A DNA stretch of 44,839 nucleotides from Paludibacteraceae bacterium (GCA_017470795.1 JAFUXZ010000135.1:1-44839), one strand, 5' to 3'; counted from the stretch's first letter, positions 23,196 through 33,000 are shown. Translations and numbers: made by a program. The notes: a model not told the origin generated them from the letters alone.

Positions 23196-24299
23196 TTAAC
23201 CGATCCCCTCAACATAAGCGGAGCGGAAGCCGAAGGACGCGATCGTGTTCGAGCGAGCGCTGTAGCCGTCCAGATAGAACAGACCTGCGCCCGCGCCGTA
23301 GCCCCAGCAGCCCCCGCGAAACACGCAGCGCTCGCTGATATTGTGGTTCCAGTACATGTAGTCGCCTTCGTAGTCAGCGGCGGCAGCGCCTTCGTCAGGG
23401 AGCAGCGCGAGCGCTCTCAGGAGCAGCTTCGCAGCGTCGCTGATTGAGCTATCGGCGGTTACGTCGCCGAAGAGGCAGCCCTTGTAGTCGCTCTGAGGAC
23501 TGGCGATGCTTGTGCTGTACTTCCATTTGTTGCTTGCAAAGTCGAGCTTCACGGTCGTGCCGGTCGTGTTCTGTACGGAGTCGCTAATAGAGCTGGTCGG
23601 ATCCACGAGTGTTCCGTCGGAAGCCTTGATTGCTTTCCACGCCGAGCTGGTTGAGTTCTGCGGATTGTCCGGATCCGCCGCGTTGTTGTTCTCGAGGATC
23701 TGCAGCTCGCCCCAAACGAGACGTATGCCGCCGATCCACTCGTTGACGTTGCCGTTCAGATCTGCGATGCCTCCGAGTGTCTTGTCGTGGTACCACTCGA
23801 CAGGGCCGGTGCCGGTGGCGACTCTCTGGATCCTGCCGCTGCCGTCGCGAGCCATTGACGGGATCGCTCTGTAGCCGGTCTCGCGGCTGTCCTTGCCGTA
23901 GTTGTTATTGCCGTAAGGCATGAAGCTGTTCTTTTTGCACCAGAGTGCGATCGCGGCCCACTCGGCTGCAGTCATAAGGTGCCAGCCGTTCCCCTTGGCT
24001 TCGCAGCGTGCGAGCGAGTTGTCGAAGTTGATGCTGTTCGCCGGATCCTGCGCTGGCAGGGAGTAGGCCACACCGTTGTGGATGCAGTTCTGATACTTTG
24101 AGCACCAGAAGCCGTCGATCTCGCGGCCGTTCACGAAGAAGGCCGGATGCACCGAAGCGTCGTCGGTGTTCAGCACGTCGCTGAGCTTAAACTTCGGGAT
24201 GTAGACCATGACCGAAGGCAGCTCGGTCTCGTCGAGGATCACGCTGTTGTTCGGTGCGATCATCTGCACCGCCAGATTTGTAAGGTCAAAATTTGCCAT
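23196..24299 (-). CDS. DGR target: C-type-lectin/FGE-sulfatase-fold receptor-binding protein with a C-terminal VR
   Basis: GNGWHLMTAAEWAAIALW and NVNEWIGG are FGE/CLec-like motifs. The C-terminus RGGCWGYGAGAGLFYLDGYSARSNTIASFGFR is the VR. It is the last gene of the tail-fibre block. Confidence 0.85.
   Translation of the reverse strand: MANFDLTNLAVQMIAPNNSVILDETELPSVMVYIPKFKLSDVLNTDDASVHPAFFVNGREIDGFWCSKYQNCIHNGVAYSLPAQDPANSINFDNSLARCEAKGNGWHLMTAAEWAAIALWCKKNSFMPYGNNNYGKDSRETGYRAIPSMARDGSGRIQRVATGTGPVEWYHDKTLGGIADLNGNVNEWIGGIRLVWGELQILENNNAADPDNPQNSTSSAWKAIKASDGTLVDPTSSISDSVQNTTGTTVKLDFASNKWKYSTSIASPQSDYKGCLFGDVTADSSISDAAKLLLRALALLPDEGAAAADYEGDYMYWNHNISERCVFRGGCWGYGAGAGLFYLDGYSARSNTIASFGFRSAYVEGIG
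23217..23331 (-). repeat. DGR variable repeat (VR)
   Basis: 98/115 identical to the TR. All 17 differences fall at TR coding-strand adenines. Confidence 0.92.
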
Positions 24300-24314
24300 T
24301 GTCTTGCTCCTTTC

Positions 24315-24644
24315 CTATGCGATACTCCAGAGGGTGAGTACGACGTCGCCCATGTCGAGCGGGATCTTCGCTGGTGGATCCGTGTCGCCCTCTTCATGTG
24401 GTTCATACTCAGCCTGTGGGATCGCGATCTGCGCGACGTAGCGCATACCGGAGTCCGGGCTGATCACGAGGTTGCCGGATCTGTCAGAGCAGATATCGAC
24501 GTCGACCGGCCAGTCCTTCTGGTACTTGGCGCAGTTGATCATGATCTCGTCGTCACCAAAAAAGAGCTTTGTGCCGCTCTGCTCGTAGTCGATCTTCGGG
24601 CCCTCGTTCTTCTCAATGACTTGTACGCTTGATTGTTTTGCCAT
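24315..24644 (-). CDS. Hypothetical tail-fibre-associated protein
   Basis: 109-aa ORF with an RBS, tightly packed between fibre genes. Confidence 0.55.
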   Translation of the reverse strand: MAKQSSVQVIEKNEGPKIDYEQSGTKLFFGDDEIMINCAKYQKDWPVDVDICSDRSGNLVISPDSGMRYVAQIAIPQAEYEPHEEGDTDPPAKIPLDMGDVVLTLWSIA

Positions 24645-24645
24645 T

Positions 24646-25086
24646 TTAGAGTCCTCCTTTTATCCTGAGTGTGACGGTGACGCTGGTCGCGCTTCCGTCA
24701 AATTCCACCTTGAAGCCGTTCAGCAGCTTGTCGGTGATCTTGATGTCTCCGACCTCACCGCCGGAGTGCGCTGTGATCTCGACGTCCACGACGTAGGTCT
24801 TGTCGGTTCTCACTTTGGTGAGGTCGATGGTCGTCTTCGAGTTGTTGAACGGGTATTTCTGGTTGTTCGTCAGAGTGACCGTGTGCTCTTCGACGGCCGC
24901 TTCATTGTCGAGGCGGTGCTCCAGCTCCTTGATGTAGATCATCATCTGAGCTTCCGCGATCGCTCCGTCTTGGATGCCGTTCTCCATGTTGTTGAAGTTC
25001 CCGGCGCTCTGCGGTGTGCCCTGCTGAATGACCTCTCCAGTGTCCGGATCGACCACCTTGTCGAGCCAGTGGGTCTGGTTATACAT
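24646..25086 (-). CDS. Putative short tail-fibre / baseplate-distal protein
   Basis: The N-terminus MYNQTHWLDKVVDPDTGEVIQQGTPQSAGNFNNMENGIQDG is a common N-terminal motif of Firmicute phage fibre proteins. This is from memory. Confidence 0.55.
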   Translation of the reverse strand: MYNQTHWLDKVVDPDTGEVIQQGTPQSAGNFNNMENGIQDGAIAEAQMMIYIKELEHRLDNEAAVEEHTVTLTNNQKYPFNNSKTTIDLTKVRTDKTYVVDVEITAHSGGEVGDIKITDKLLNGFKVEFDGSATSVTVTLRIKGGL

Positions 25087-25107
25087 GCGACTTGTTCCTC
25101 CTTTCCT

Positions 25108-25419
25108 TTAGGCTGTGACTTCATAGATCGGGATCGTGATCTTGATCATGACTCCCTGCCCGGCGACCTTCTGGATCGCTCTCGTCTGATATGCTGCGAC
25201 CTCGCCGCGAGCGTCGATTAGGCGAGACGCGCTGATAGTCACCGCCGAGCTGTCCAGCTGCGGGAAGGTGGCCATGATCACAAGCGTGTCGTCCTCGATT
25301 GCCTTCTTGTTGATGTCTCCCGAGTGCCACGTGCTGCCGACCTGCACCTGCACGCGGACGATCGACCGGAGCCACTGCTCCCGGCGATACTTCAGGAAGT
25401 TGCTCTGAAAATATGCCAT
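25108..25419 (-). CDS. Hypothetical tail protein
   Basis: 103-aa ORF with an AGGAGG RBS. Confidence 0.5.
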   Translation of the reverse strand: MAYFQSNFLKYRREQWLRSIVRVQVQVGSTWHSGDINKKAIEDDTLVIMATFPQLDSSAVTISASRLIDARGEVAAYQTRAIQKVAGQGVMIKITIPIYEVTA

Positions 25420-25434
25420 GCCGTCCTCCTTTCT

Positions 25435-26124
25435 TTATTCTCCGCACACGCGGGTTCCGCACTGCACTATGTCATACCGGGAAAAGATTGTTGCCGGTTC
25501 TGCTTCGATGCCGGGATCGTTGACCGCGGCGCCGACCATAGCCGGGGCGGGATAGGTTCCAGCCTCCCGGAAGAAGTCGTACTTGTAGTCCGCATAGTCG
25601 AAGCGGGCGTCGACCTCCTGAGACTGCTCCCAGTAATAGAAAACGCCCGCGATATGCGAGCGTGCGTTCTTGGCCGATCGGACGGCCTCGATGAATTTCG
25701 CGTAGTCTTCCTGCGTGATCTCTTCGTTCGTCGTTAATGCAATAAATGTGAACGGGCTGCCGCCGATCTCGTACCACTCGACCACGTAGCCTTCGCCGAA
25801 GTATGCGGTGATCAGCTGCTCGACGGCCCACTTGGTGCCGCGCTTGCGCTTGATCAGCTGCGCCGCTTCAATGGTCGCCCGCTTCTCGTCGAGGCCGAGG
25901 GTGTCGTCGTACCAGTCCACGTCCAGCTCCCACGCCAGCGCGTCGCACTCTTTGGAGGTCAGGTTCTCGATCTGATCCCACGTCCGGATCGTCGGGATCC
26001 GCTCCGAGGGTGTCCGCAGCAGGGTGTCCATGGCGGCGCTCAGTGCGATCACTGCCTCGTCGCCCCTCATGAACGACGGCAGTAGCTTCAGGAACTCGAG
26101 CTCCGACAGTTTCATGCCAGCCAT
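25435..26124 (-). CDS. Baseplate/tail protein, P2 gpI-like (XkdU-like)
   Basis: LLPSFMRGDEAVIALSAAMD matches the gpI pattern, and the gene follows the gpJ-like gene. Confidence 0.6.
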   Translation of the reverse strand: MAGMKLSELEFLKLLPSFMRGDEAVIALSAAMDTLLRTPSERIPTIRTWDQIENLTSKECDALAWELDVDWYDDTLGLDEKRATIEAAQLIKRKRGTKWAVEQLITAYFGEGYVVEWYEIGGSPFTFIALTTNEEITQEDYAKFIEAVRSAKNARSHIAGVFYYWEQSQEVDARFDYADYKYDFFREAGTYPAPAMVGAAVNDPGIEAEPATIFSRYDIVQCGTRVCGE

Positions 26125-26136
26125 GTGATCACCTCC

Positions 26137-27465
26137 TTAACGCGCGACGTGTGTCACGGTCGCGTTGCCTGAGAACTTGGCGACGGTAGTCTCGCCCAGC
26201 TCGGTGTAGACCGGCGACGTGATCTCGACGCGGGTCGCTCCCGCGTTCAGGATCAGTTTCATAAGTTCGGACGGGTTGATGTCCTGATCGAGCGCGGAGT
26301 CCTGCCAGTAGACGTAGCTGTCGATCGCTCCGCCGGATCCTTCGACCGCCGACACGACCGCCGACTCGTTCGCGCTGGTCGTGTAGTAGGTCAGGACGAT
26401 GTCGTAGGACTCGACGCTTGGAGCCTCGACCGTCACGAGGTCGGTGAGAGGTTTCACGTCGTCACTGCTGCAGACCTCCAGCACGTCGGCCAGCACGTCC
26501 TCAGACGGCAGCTCGCCGCCTGCGCAGATCGGCACGATCTTCACTCGGCCGCGCATTTCCCGCTCGATCTCAATGTCGACCGTGCTCGCGCTGGCCAGCG
26601 TTCCCGCCAGTGTGATCGTGAGCAGGTCGTGTGTGTATTCTTTTGTGTAGTCGGTGCCCTCGACTGCCTGAGCACCTCCGGCCTTGTAGACTTTCAGAGT
26701 GTCCGGCAGCAGGGTGTCACCGCCCCGGAAGATGCAGCCGCCGTAGACGGTCAGCGTCTCCGTGAGGGTTTCCTTCTCAGATATGACGACCACGTCAGAC
26801 ACGAGAGGGTTGGCCGACAGAGCCCAGTACTTGTAGGCCTTGGCCGGGCCTGCCGTGCTGAGCTTGTTCTCGGCTTCCCGGATCCTCTCGCGGTAGCTGT
26901 CGTCGTCCTCGATGTCTCCGCCTCCGGCCGTCTCTGTGAGGTTGGCCACTGCGTCGATCAGCGGCACCTGCGACACGTCTCTGATCCTGCAGATCTCGTT
27001 CGGGCCGATGCCGTTGTAGTCGCTGCCGCCCTCCGTAGCTGTCGCCGGGACGTCAACATATAGCGAGCCCGCTGGCAGCACTGCCGTGACGTCTGTCGCG
27101 AAGTAGTGCTCGAAGTCGTTGCTCACCCAGACTCCGGCAGGGATCACGAGGTTCGACGGGTTCGCAGTCTCGATCGAGAAGCGCAGCGTCGTGGTCGCGT
27201 ATGTCGGATCCAGTCGCTCGACGTCTCGCGTCTCGCCGATCGAGTCCAGCACGTCGTCTCTGGCATACTGCAGCATCTTCTGTCTGCAGGCGTCGTTCAC
27301 GGCGCTATAGACGGCCACGATCACCTCAGTGAGCGCCTCGCCGAAGATCCTGCGCTCGTCTCCCGGATAGAGCGGCTCTGCGACGCCGTTCTCCAGTTCC
27401 TCGAGTATCGCGTCCCAGATCTCGGCCGCGCTCGTTTCGATGAAGTTCAGTTCGTCCTTGTCCAT
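26137..27465 (-). CDS. Baseplate J-like protein
   Basis: 442 aa, in the gpJ position after the gpW-like gene. TAATG coupling. Confidence 0.7.
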   Translation of the reverse strand: MDKDELNFIETSAAEIWDAILEELENGVAEPLYPGDERRIFGEALTEVIVAVYSAVNDACRQKMLQYARDDVLDSIGETRDVERLDPTYATTTLRFSIETANPSNLVIPAGVWVSNDFEHYFATDVTAVLPAGSLYVDVPATATEGGSDYNGIGPNEICRIRDVSQVPLIDAVANLTETAGGGDIEDDDSYRERIREAENKLSTAGPAKAYKYWALSANPLVSDVVVISEKETLTETLTVYGGCIFRGGDTLLPDTLKVYKAGGAQAVEGTDYTKEYTHDLLTITLAGTLASASTVDIEIEREMRGRVKIVPICAGGELPSEDVLADVLEVCSSDDVKPLTDLVTVEAPSVESYDIVLTYYTTSANESAVVSAVEGSGGAIDSYVYWQDSALDQDINPSELMKLILNAGATRVEITSPVYTELGETTVAKFSGNATVTHVAR

Positions 27466-27737
27466 TAGCCCACGTCCTCCTTCCGTTTGATGTTTGCGAG
27501 CAGGGCGAAGTCGCCGTCAGAGCTGTCCACGTCTGCGAGGTTCAGCTCAGCCTCCACCCGGGGCTCATAGATCTCGAGCACCCACTCCGCGTCCGCGACT
27601 GCGTCCACGTTTGAGACTGGCTGGTCGACCAGTGTGCCGTCTCGTCCCCTGACTCTGTCGTATGCGACCTCACCGCGCACGATCCGCAGCAGGTTGGCCG
27701 CGCAGATCTCCGGGTTTCCGTTTCCGCTTGATCTCAT
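27465..27737 (-). CDS. Baseplate wedge protein, GPW/gp25 family
   Basis: NLLRIVRGEVAYDRVRGRDG...EIYEPRVE is the gp25-like pattern. Confidence 0.65.
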   Translation of the reverse strand: MRSSGNGNPEICAANLLRIVRGEVAYDRVRGRDGTLVDQPVSNVDAVADAEWVLEIYEPRVEAELNLADVDSSDGDFALLANIKRKEDVG

Positions 27738-27755
27738 AGTTTGCCTCCCTCTGCA

Positions 27756-28481
27756 TTACTTCTTTTTCTTCTTCTTTTTCTTCTTGCTGGTTTTCTTCTT
27801 CTTGGTAGCCACGAGCGACAGATCCTTGACTCTGACCTTGTTCTTCAAGCCCTTCAGCGTGGCGATCCCTTTGGAGATCTTCGTGACCTTGTAGGTCTTC
27901 TTCTTGACCTTCTTCGAGATCTTCTTGCCGTTGCTGTACTTGCTGCCCTTGATCTTGACCTTCGAGCCCTTTTTGATCGTGGTCTTGCTGGAGCTGGAAC
28001 TTGAAGCGCTGACCTTCTTGTTGCGCTTGCCCATGCGGCTTGCGTTTCCGTTTCCGACCTTCAGCGCAGACACGCCGAGGTAGCTGGTCGACTTCTCGTT
28101 GTACTCCTTAAACTGGAACGTCAGGGTGGCTTCCCGGAAGCGGCCCTTGTCGTCGAGCTTAATGCCTGAGACCTTGACGTCCCTCAGCTGTAGCAGCGGC
28201 CCGAACTTCGTGCCGTTGATGTAGAGATATTCCGTCGCCGTGACGAGCTTTTTCCAGCTCGCGATCTCGCTCCGGATATTGACGCCCGCGTTCGCATTGA
28301 GCGTCGTCTTGAAGCTGATCTCGATCAGATCCATGCCGCGGTTGTTGCTTAGCGAGTTGTCTTCCGTTCCGCTGTTATCGTCGGCGATCTGTGAATAAGC
28401 GACGCTTAGATCCTGCAGCGCTGTGATCTGCTGAGGGCTCACCGTGAATGTCTTCGGGCCCCATTTCGCCATGTCAGCCAT
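27756..28481 (-). CDS. Tail/baseplate protein with a lysine-rich SH3-like C-terminal region ending in poly-Lys
   Basis: The C-terminus reads ...KKGSKVKIKGSKYSNGKKISKKVKKKTYKVTKI...KKKKTSKKKKKKKKK. Confidence 0.55.
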   Translation of the reverse strand: MADMAKWGPKTFTVSPQQITALQDLSVAYSQIADDNSGTEDNSLSNNRGMDLIEISFKTTLNANAGVNIRSEIASWKKLVTATEYLYINGTKFGPLLQLRDVKVSGIKLDDKGRFREATLTFQFKEYNEKSTSYLGVSALKVGNGNASRMGKRNKKVSASSSSSSKTTIKKGSKVKIKGSKYSNGKKISKKVKKKTYKVTKISKGIATLKGLKNKVRVKDLSLVATKKKKTSKKKKKKKKK

Positions 28482-28493
28482 GCGATCACCTCC

Positions 28494-28823
28494 TTAAACC
28501 GGGTTCCCGGTATTGCTGCCGCCGGACTGGACGCCGCCGTGCTTATGCTTGGCCAGCCGAACGCCGCTGTCTGTGAGATTGTTCGAGCTCAGCTTTGGCA
28601 GGAACTCGCCCCAGTCGCCGTCCATGCGACCGAGCAGCAGCCCGGTGCCGTCGTCGAACTCGCAGTACACGACCTCGTCGCCCGGCTCCAGTTCGCCGGT
28701 GTCGCCGCGTAGGTGCCACGGGACGTTCAGCTTCGCGGTCGCTTTGTCTTCCTTGTCGAGAGGAACGACCCGCGCCTTGTTGCCGCTGATCGTGGCGATC
28801 TCGCCTTTGTGTATCTGTCCCAT
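28494..28823 (-). CDS. Small baseplate spike/assembly protein (gpV / XkdR-like)
   Basis: ORF 28494..29162 trimmed to the ATG at 28823 (TAATG junction, GGAGG 8 nt upstream). Confidence 0.5.
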   Translation of the reverse strand: MGQIHKGEIATISGNKARVVPLDKEDKATAKLNVPWHLRGDTGELEPGDEVVYCEFDDGTGLLLGRMDGDWGEFLPKLSSNNLTDSGVRLAKHKHGGVQSGGSNTGNPV

Positions 28824-29737
28824 TAGTAGTCCTCCAGTAGCTTCCTGAAATAAATGGTCGACGCGTTCCGCACATAGTCGTGGCGCACCTTGTAGACGAA
28901 CACAGGGCCGTTCCAGATGCTCGCCTTCGGTGTGCTCAGGTCGAACAGGCTGGCAGCCGCGAACTCCGTCTGCAGGGCCTTTGTGAAGCGCCCGGTGTAG
29001 GCGTACTTGTTCGCGTTCCGCAGCAGGCCGCGAGCGAAGCGCTCTGCCTCGCCGTCGCTGGTCGCTCGGATCCCGGAAGGCCGCAGGGTGTTGTTGTAGC
29101 CCTCTGGTGCATCGAAGCTGCCGGAGCAGCTGCCGGATGCCACCTCGCAGCTGCCGAAGCACTGCGACCGGTTGTCGTAGTAGGCGAACATGCCGTTGTC
29201 GCCGATCTCCAGCTCACCGGTCGGCGGGATCGCCTCCAGCTCCGCCTCGTCGTATAGGATCAGCCGCCCGTCGTAGACGATCATCTGGCAGCCTTCCAGC
29301 ATGGCGAGGCGGGACAAAAAGGCGAAGTCGCTCTCGTTGTCCTGCGCGATGTACGGATAGACCTGATCGGTCACGCCGTAGCTGTCGAAGGCGAGACCGT
29401 GCTCGTCGGCGATCATTTCACCGAGCTGAAGCAGGTGCACGCCCTCCCAGCTGTTGCTGTTCTTTGTTTTGGCGCTGAGCGGTACCGACAGCGCCCGGAT
29501 TGTGAAGAAGCCGTTCTCGGGAGTCATTCGGTGCACGTACATGATCCCGGTGTCCGCATATCCTTCCTTGACTTGGATCTCGTCACCTTCGGCCGGTTCC
29601 CACTCACTCCAGACCCCCTTCGGATCATTGAAGCGCAGTACGACGCCGTCGGCCTGCTTCTCTGCGAACATTTCATGCACGCAGTAGTTCAGGGAGATGT
29701 CGCCGTAAATGTCCACGCCGTTGTAGTAGATGTTCAT
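28823..29737 (-). CDS. Late-control gpD-like tail protein (XkdQ-like)
   Basis: 304 aa, positioned between the LysM gpX-like and gpV-like genes. Confidence 0.65.
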   Translation of the reverse strand: MNIYYNGVDIYGDISLNYCVHEMFAEKQADGVVLRFNDPKGVWSEWEPAEGDEIQVKEGYADTGIMYVHRMTPENGFFTIRALSVPLSAKTKNSNSWEGVHLLQLGEMIADEHGLAFDSYGVTDQVYPYIAQDNESDFAFLSRLAMLEGCQMIVYDGRLILYDEAELEAIPPTGELEIGDNGMFAYYDNRSQCFGSCEVASGSCSGSFDAPEGYNNTLRPSGIRATSDGEAERFARGLLRNANKYAYTGRFTKALQTEFAAASLFDLSTPKASIWNGPVFVYKVRHDYVRNASTIYFRKLLEDY

Positions 29738-30018
29738 GAGTCGTCTTCCTCTTCATCCTCTTCGTCTTCGTCGCTGCTCGCGTTCAGCGAGTCTTCATCC
29801 CGGCGCCACGGTGGGAGGGTGTCCGGCGTCTCTGCGTCCTCGACGATCGGGAGGTAGAGCTCCACGTTCGCCTCGAAGATCAGCACGTCTGCATAGTCCG
29901 GGTTGTACTCGATGATGTAGTGCGAGAGCCGCTCGTCGCCGTACATATCCAGCGCGAGCTCGTCGAAGGTGTCGCCCTCTTGCGTGATGTAGGTTATGTA
30001 GGCCGATACTCTACGCAT
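29734..30018 (-). CDS. LysM-type tail protein X-like, with an acidic tail
   Basis: YITQEGDTFDELALDMYGDERL...NVELYLP is the LysM/gpX pattern. It lies directly after the tape measure gene. Confidence 0.6.
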   Translation of the reverse strand: MRRVSAYITYITQEGDTFDELALDMYGDERLSHYIIEYNPDYADVLIFEANVELYLPIVEDAETPDTLPPWRRDEDSLNASSDEDEEDEEEDDS

Positions 30019-33000
30019 ACTGCGCCACCTCCCTCATGCTTACAAATTCTTCGAGCCAGTCGAAGAACTCTGCCTCGTGCGCCTTCAGCTCGGCCATGAT
30101 GCCGGAGCCGTCGCCGCCGTCGGCGTTGACTGTCGGCGACCATGTGAAGCCGCTGAAGTCGTAGTTGATATAGATGCCTCCGCCGCTGGCCAGACCGCCG
30201 AGACTGAAGTTGTCCATGGTGAGAAGCTGACCGGCCTTGGCGACCAGACCAGCCTCCGGCTGTCCGTATGATGCGACCGCAGAGATCGCGCTGTTCAGGA
30301 TCCTGTCGAGCTCGTCCCAGAGTTTCGACAGCGGCAGCACTGCTTCAGCTCCGGCCTCGCCGCCCACGAGCAGTCTGTTGCCAGCTGCACCGAACGCGGT
30401 CGGCTGTGTCAGGATGCCGCCCTCCTTGTAGTAGCTGACACTGAAGTGTGGAGCGCTTGGCGGGTTCAGGCTGAACTTGCCGCTGACTGACACGTGCGGC
30501 AGCTTCAGGTGTGGCAGTGACCAGCTGAAGTGCAGGGCGCTCTTGATCGCTGAGATCGCAGAGCTGACGGCGCTCTTCGCTGCGTTGATCTTGCTGCTGA
30601 TGCTGCTGTATATGCTGCCGAAGATGCTCTGCACCTTTGCGAGAGCTCCGGACAGCACGCTGCTGATCGTGGATCTGATCGAGTTGAACACGGACGTCAC
30701 GGCCGCCTTCGCGTTTGCGAGCTTGGTCTTGATCGTGCTGGTGATGCTGTTCCAGATCGAGGCCGTCACGGCCTTGACTGCGTTCCACGCTGCGCTGATC
30801 AGCGACTTAATGACGCTGAGCACCGAGCGCAGCACGCCGGTGATGATCTGCCATACACCCTTGAAGATCGTTTTGATCCCGTTCCACATGGTCGACCAGT
30901 CCCCGGTAAAGATCCCGGAGAACACGTCGAACAGTCCGGTCAGTATAGTGAGCGCTCCCTGCAGGATCGAGGCGATCGCAGAGAAGGCGTTCCCGAAGAG
31001 CGGTGCGAGGATCGCGCAGAGCTTCTCCCAGACCGCTTTTATCACGTCGGTGATGCTTGTAAACTCGAAGCCCATGTCGTTGAGCCGCTGCACAATGCCT
31101 GCCTCGAAGCCCGCGAAGGCTCCTTTGAGTCCGTTCCAGATCGAGAGGATCCTGTTCCGGAACTCTTCATTTGTCCGCCATAAGTGCATAAAGGCGAGCG
31201 CGAGGGCCGCCACGATCGCGATTATAGCCAGCACCGGAGCACCTACGCCGCCGAGGGCGGTGGCGATCCCGGTGAAGCCCTTCTTGACGTAGCCCAGCCC
31301 GGCGACGACCTTTTCCCACTTGGCGGCGATTATTACCGCCGAGAGAGCGCTGATCACGACGCCCAGCTCCGGCAGGTGATTAAGCAGCCACGTGGCCGCC
31401 GGTATCACGTCGTCGGTGATCGTCTGCACGATCTTCCTCATGGCCGGCTCTGCCTTGTCGTAGATCTTCAGCTGCAGCTCTTCCCATGCGCTGTTCATGT
31501 TCTTCAGATCGCCTGCGAGGTTGTCGTTCATGACCTCGGCCATCTCTTCTGCGGCTCCGGTCGATCCTCGCAGCGCGTCCTCATAGCCAGCGATGTTGTC
31601 CATGCCCTCGTTCAGCAGAAGGTTCAGGCCCTTGGTCGAGTCTGCTGTGAACGTGGAGCTCAGGGCTGCCGCTCGCTCGGCGGAACCCATGCCGTCGGTC
31701 GCCGCTTCGACGTCCTGCAGGATCGCGGTCAGGTCTCTGTAGTTGCCCTGTGCGTCCTGCACTGCGATCGAGGTGTCGCCGATCTGGATCGCGCCGTCCT
31801 TCATGCCCTTGGTGATGTCTCGCATGATCGCCGACATGGCGGTTCCTGCTTTCTCACCTTTGAGGCCTTGGTTGGCCATGGCCTCGAGCATTGATGTCAC
31901 GGTCTCGATGTCCTGCCCGGCCGCGTTCAGGTTGGCGGCGCAGTTCTTGTATGCACCACCGAGCTGCTCCGCGCTGGTGTTGCTGTTCGCCTGCGCGTAT
32001 GCCAGCATGTCGGCCATGTAGGTTGCTTCCCCGGCCTCCATGCTGAAGGCGGACAGGTAGTCAGTGACCATGTCGGACGCTGCGCCCAGTTCCATACCAG
32101 ATGCCGCCGCGAGGTTCAGAACGCCGGGCAGCGCTGCCGTGGACTGGTTGGCGTCCCAGCCCGCGAGTGACATGTACTTCAGAGCCTCCGCTGCCTGCGT
32201 GGCGCTGAACACGGTGGTCGCGCCGTATTGCCGGGCAGTGGCCTCGAGCTGTTCGAGCTGTTCGCCGCTTGCCCCTGACAGGGCGCCGACCTCACTCATG
32301 GCCGCACCGAAGTCCTGCCCCAGCTGCAGCACGTTCCCGGCGAGATTTTTCACGCCTTGGATCGCGCTCCGGATCGCGTCGGCCGCGAGGTTGGCGAGGG
32401 CTCCCTTGAATACTGTGAAGCCGTCCTCGGCCTTTCGGGCCGCCTGATCCGCGTCCTCGAGCGAGTGATCGAGCTTGTCCGCTGCCTGTTCGGCTGCGGC
32501 CATCTTGACCTTGTTTTCCTGCAGTTCTGTCGACAGTTTCTCGATCTGTCGGGCGAGCTGCTGCGACTCTTCGGTCGTGTCTTCCTCTGACAGCTGCAGC
32601 TCGACGTATCGCCTCTTCAGCTGTTGCAGGGTGCTGTCCTGCTGCTTGATCGTGCCCTCCAGCTGTTCGGTGGCGTTGCCCGTCTTATCGAAGCCGGCCG
32701 CCAGTTTTTCGACCGCGGAGTAGGCGTTCTGCAGCTCGCTCTTGTTCTCGTCGATCTCGCTGCTCAGCTGGTCGATCTGCTGCGCAAGCTGCTGGGCCTC
32801 TTCAGATCCTTCCTCGCCTCCGAGGGCGTAGTCTGCATAGGCCTTAACTGCCTGCTGCAGTTCCGCTTCCTGTGTTCTGATTTTTGCGGCGAGCTTCTCG
32901 CCAGCGCTGGCCGCCTGCATGGTCTCAGCTGACATTTTGTTCAGGCCGCTGACGGCGCTGTTCATGGCTTTCTGTAGCGAAGGACTTAACACGCCGGATA

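Noticed and set aside
28824-29162. N-terminal extension of the gpV-like ORF (28494..29162 in the track).
   Set aside because: It completely overlaps the gpD-like gene in another frame and is Arg-rich. The ATG at 28823 has an RBS and a TAATG junction.
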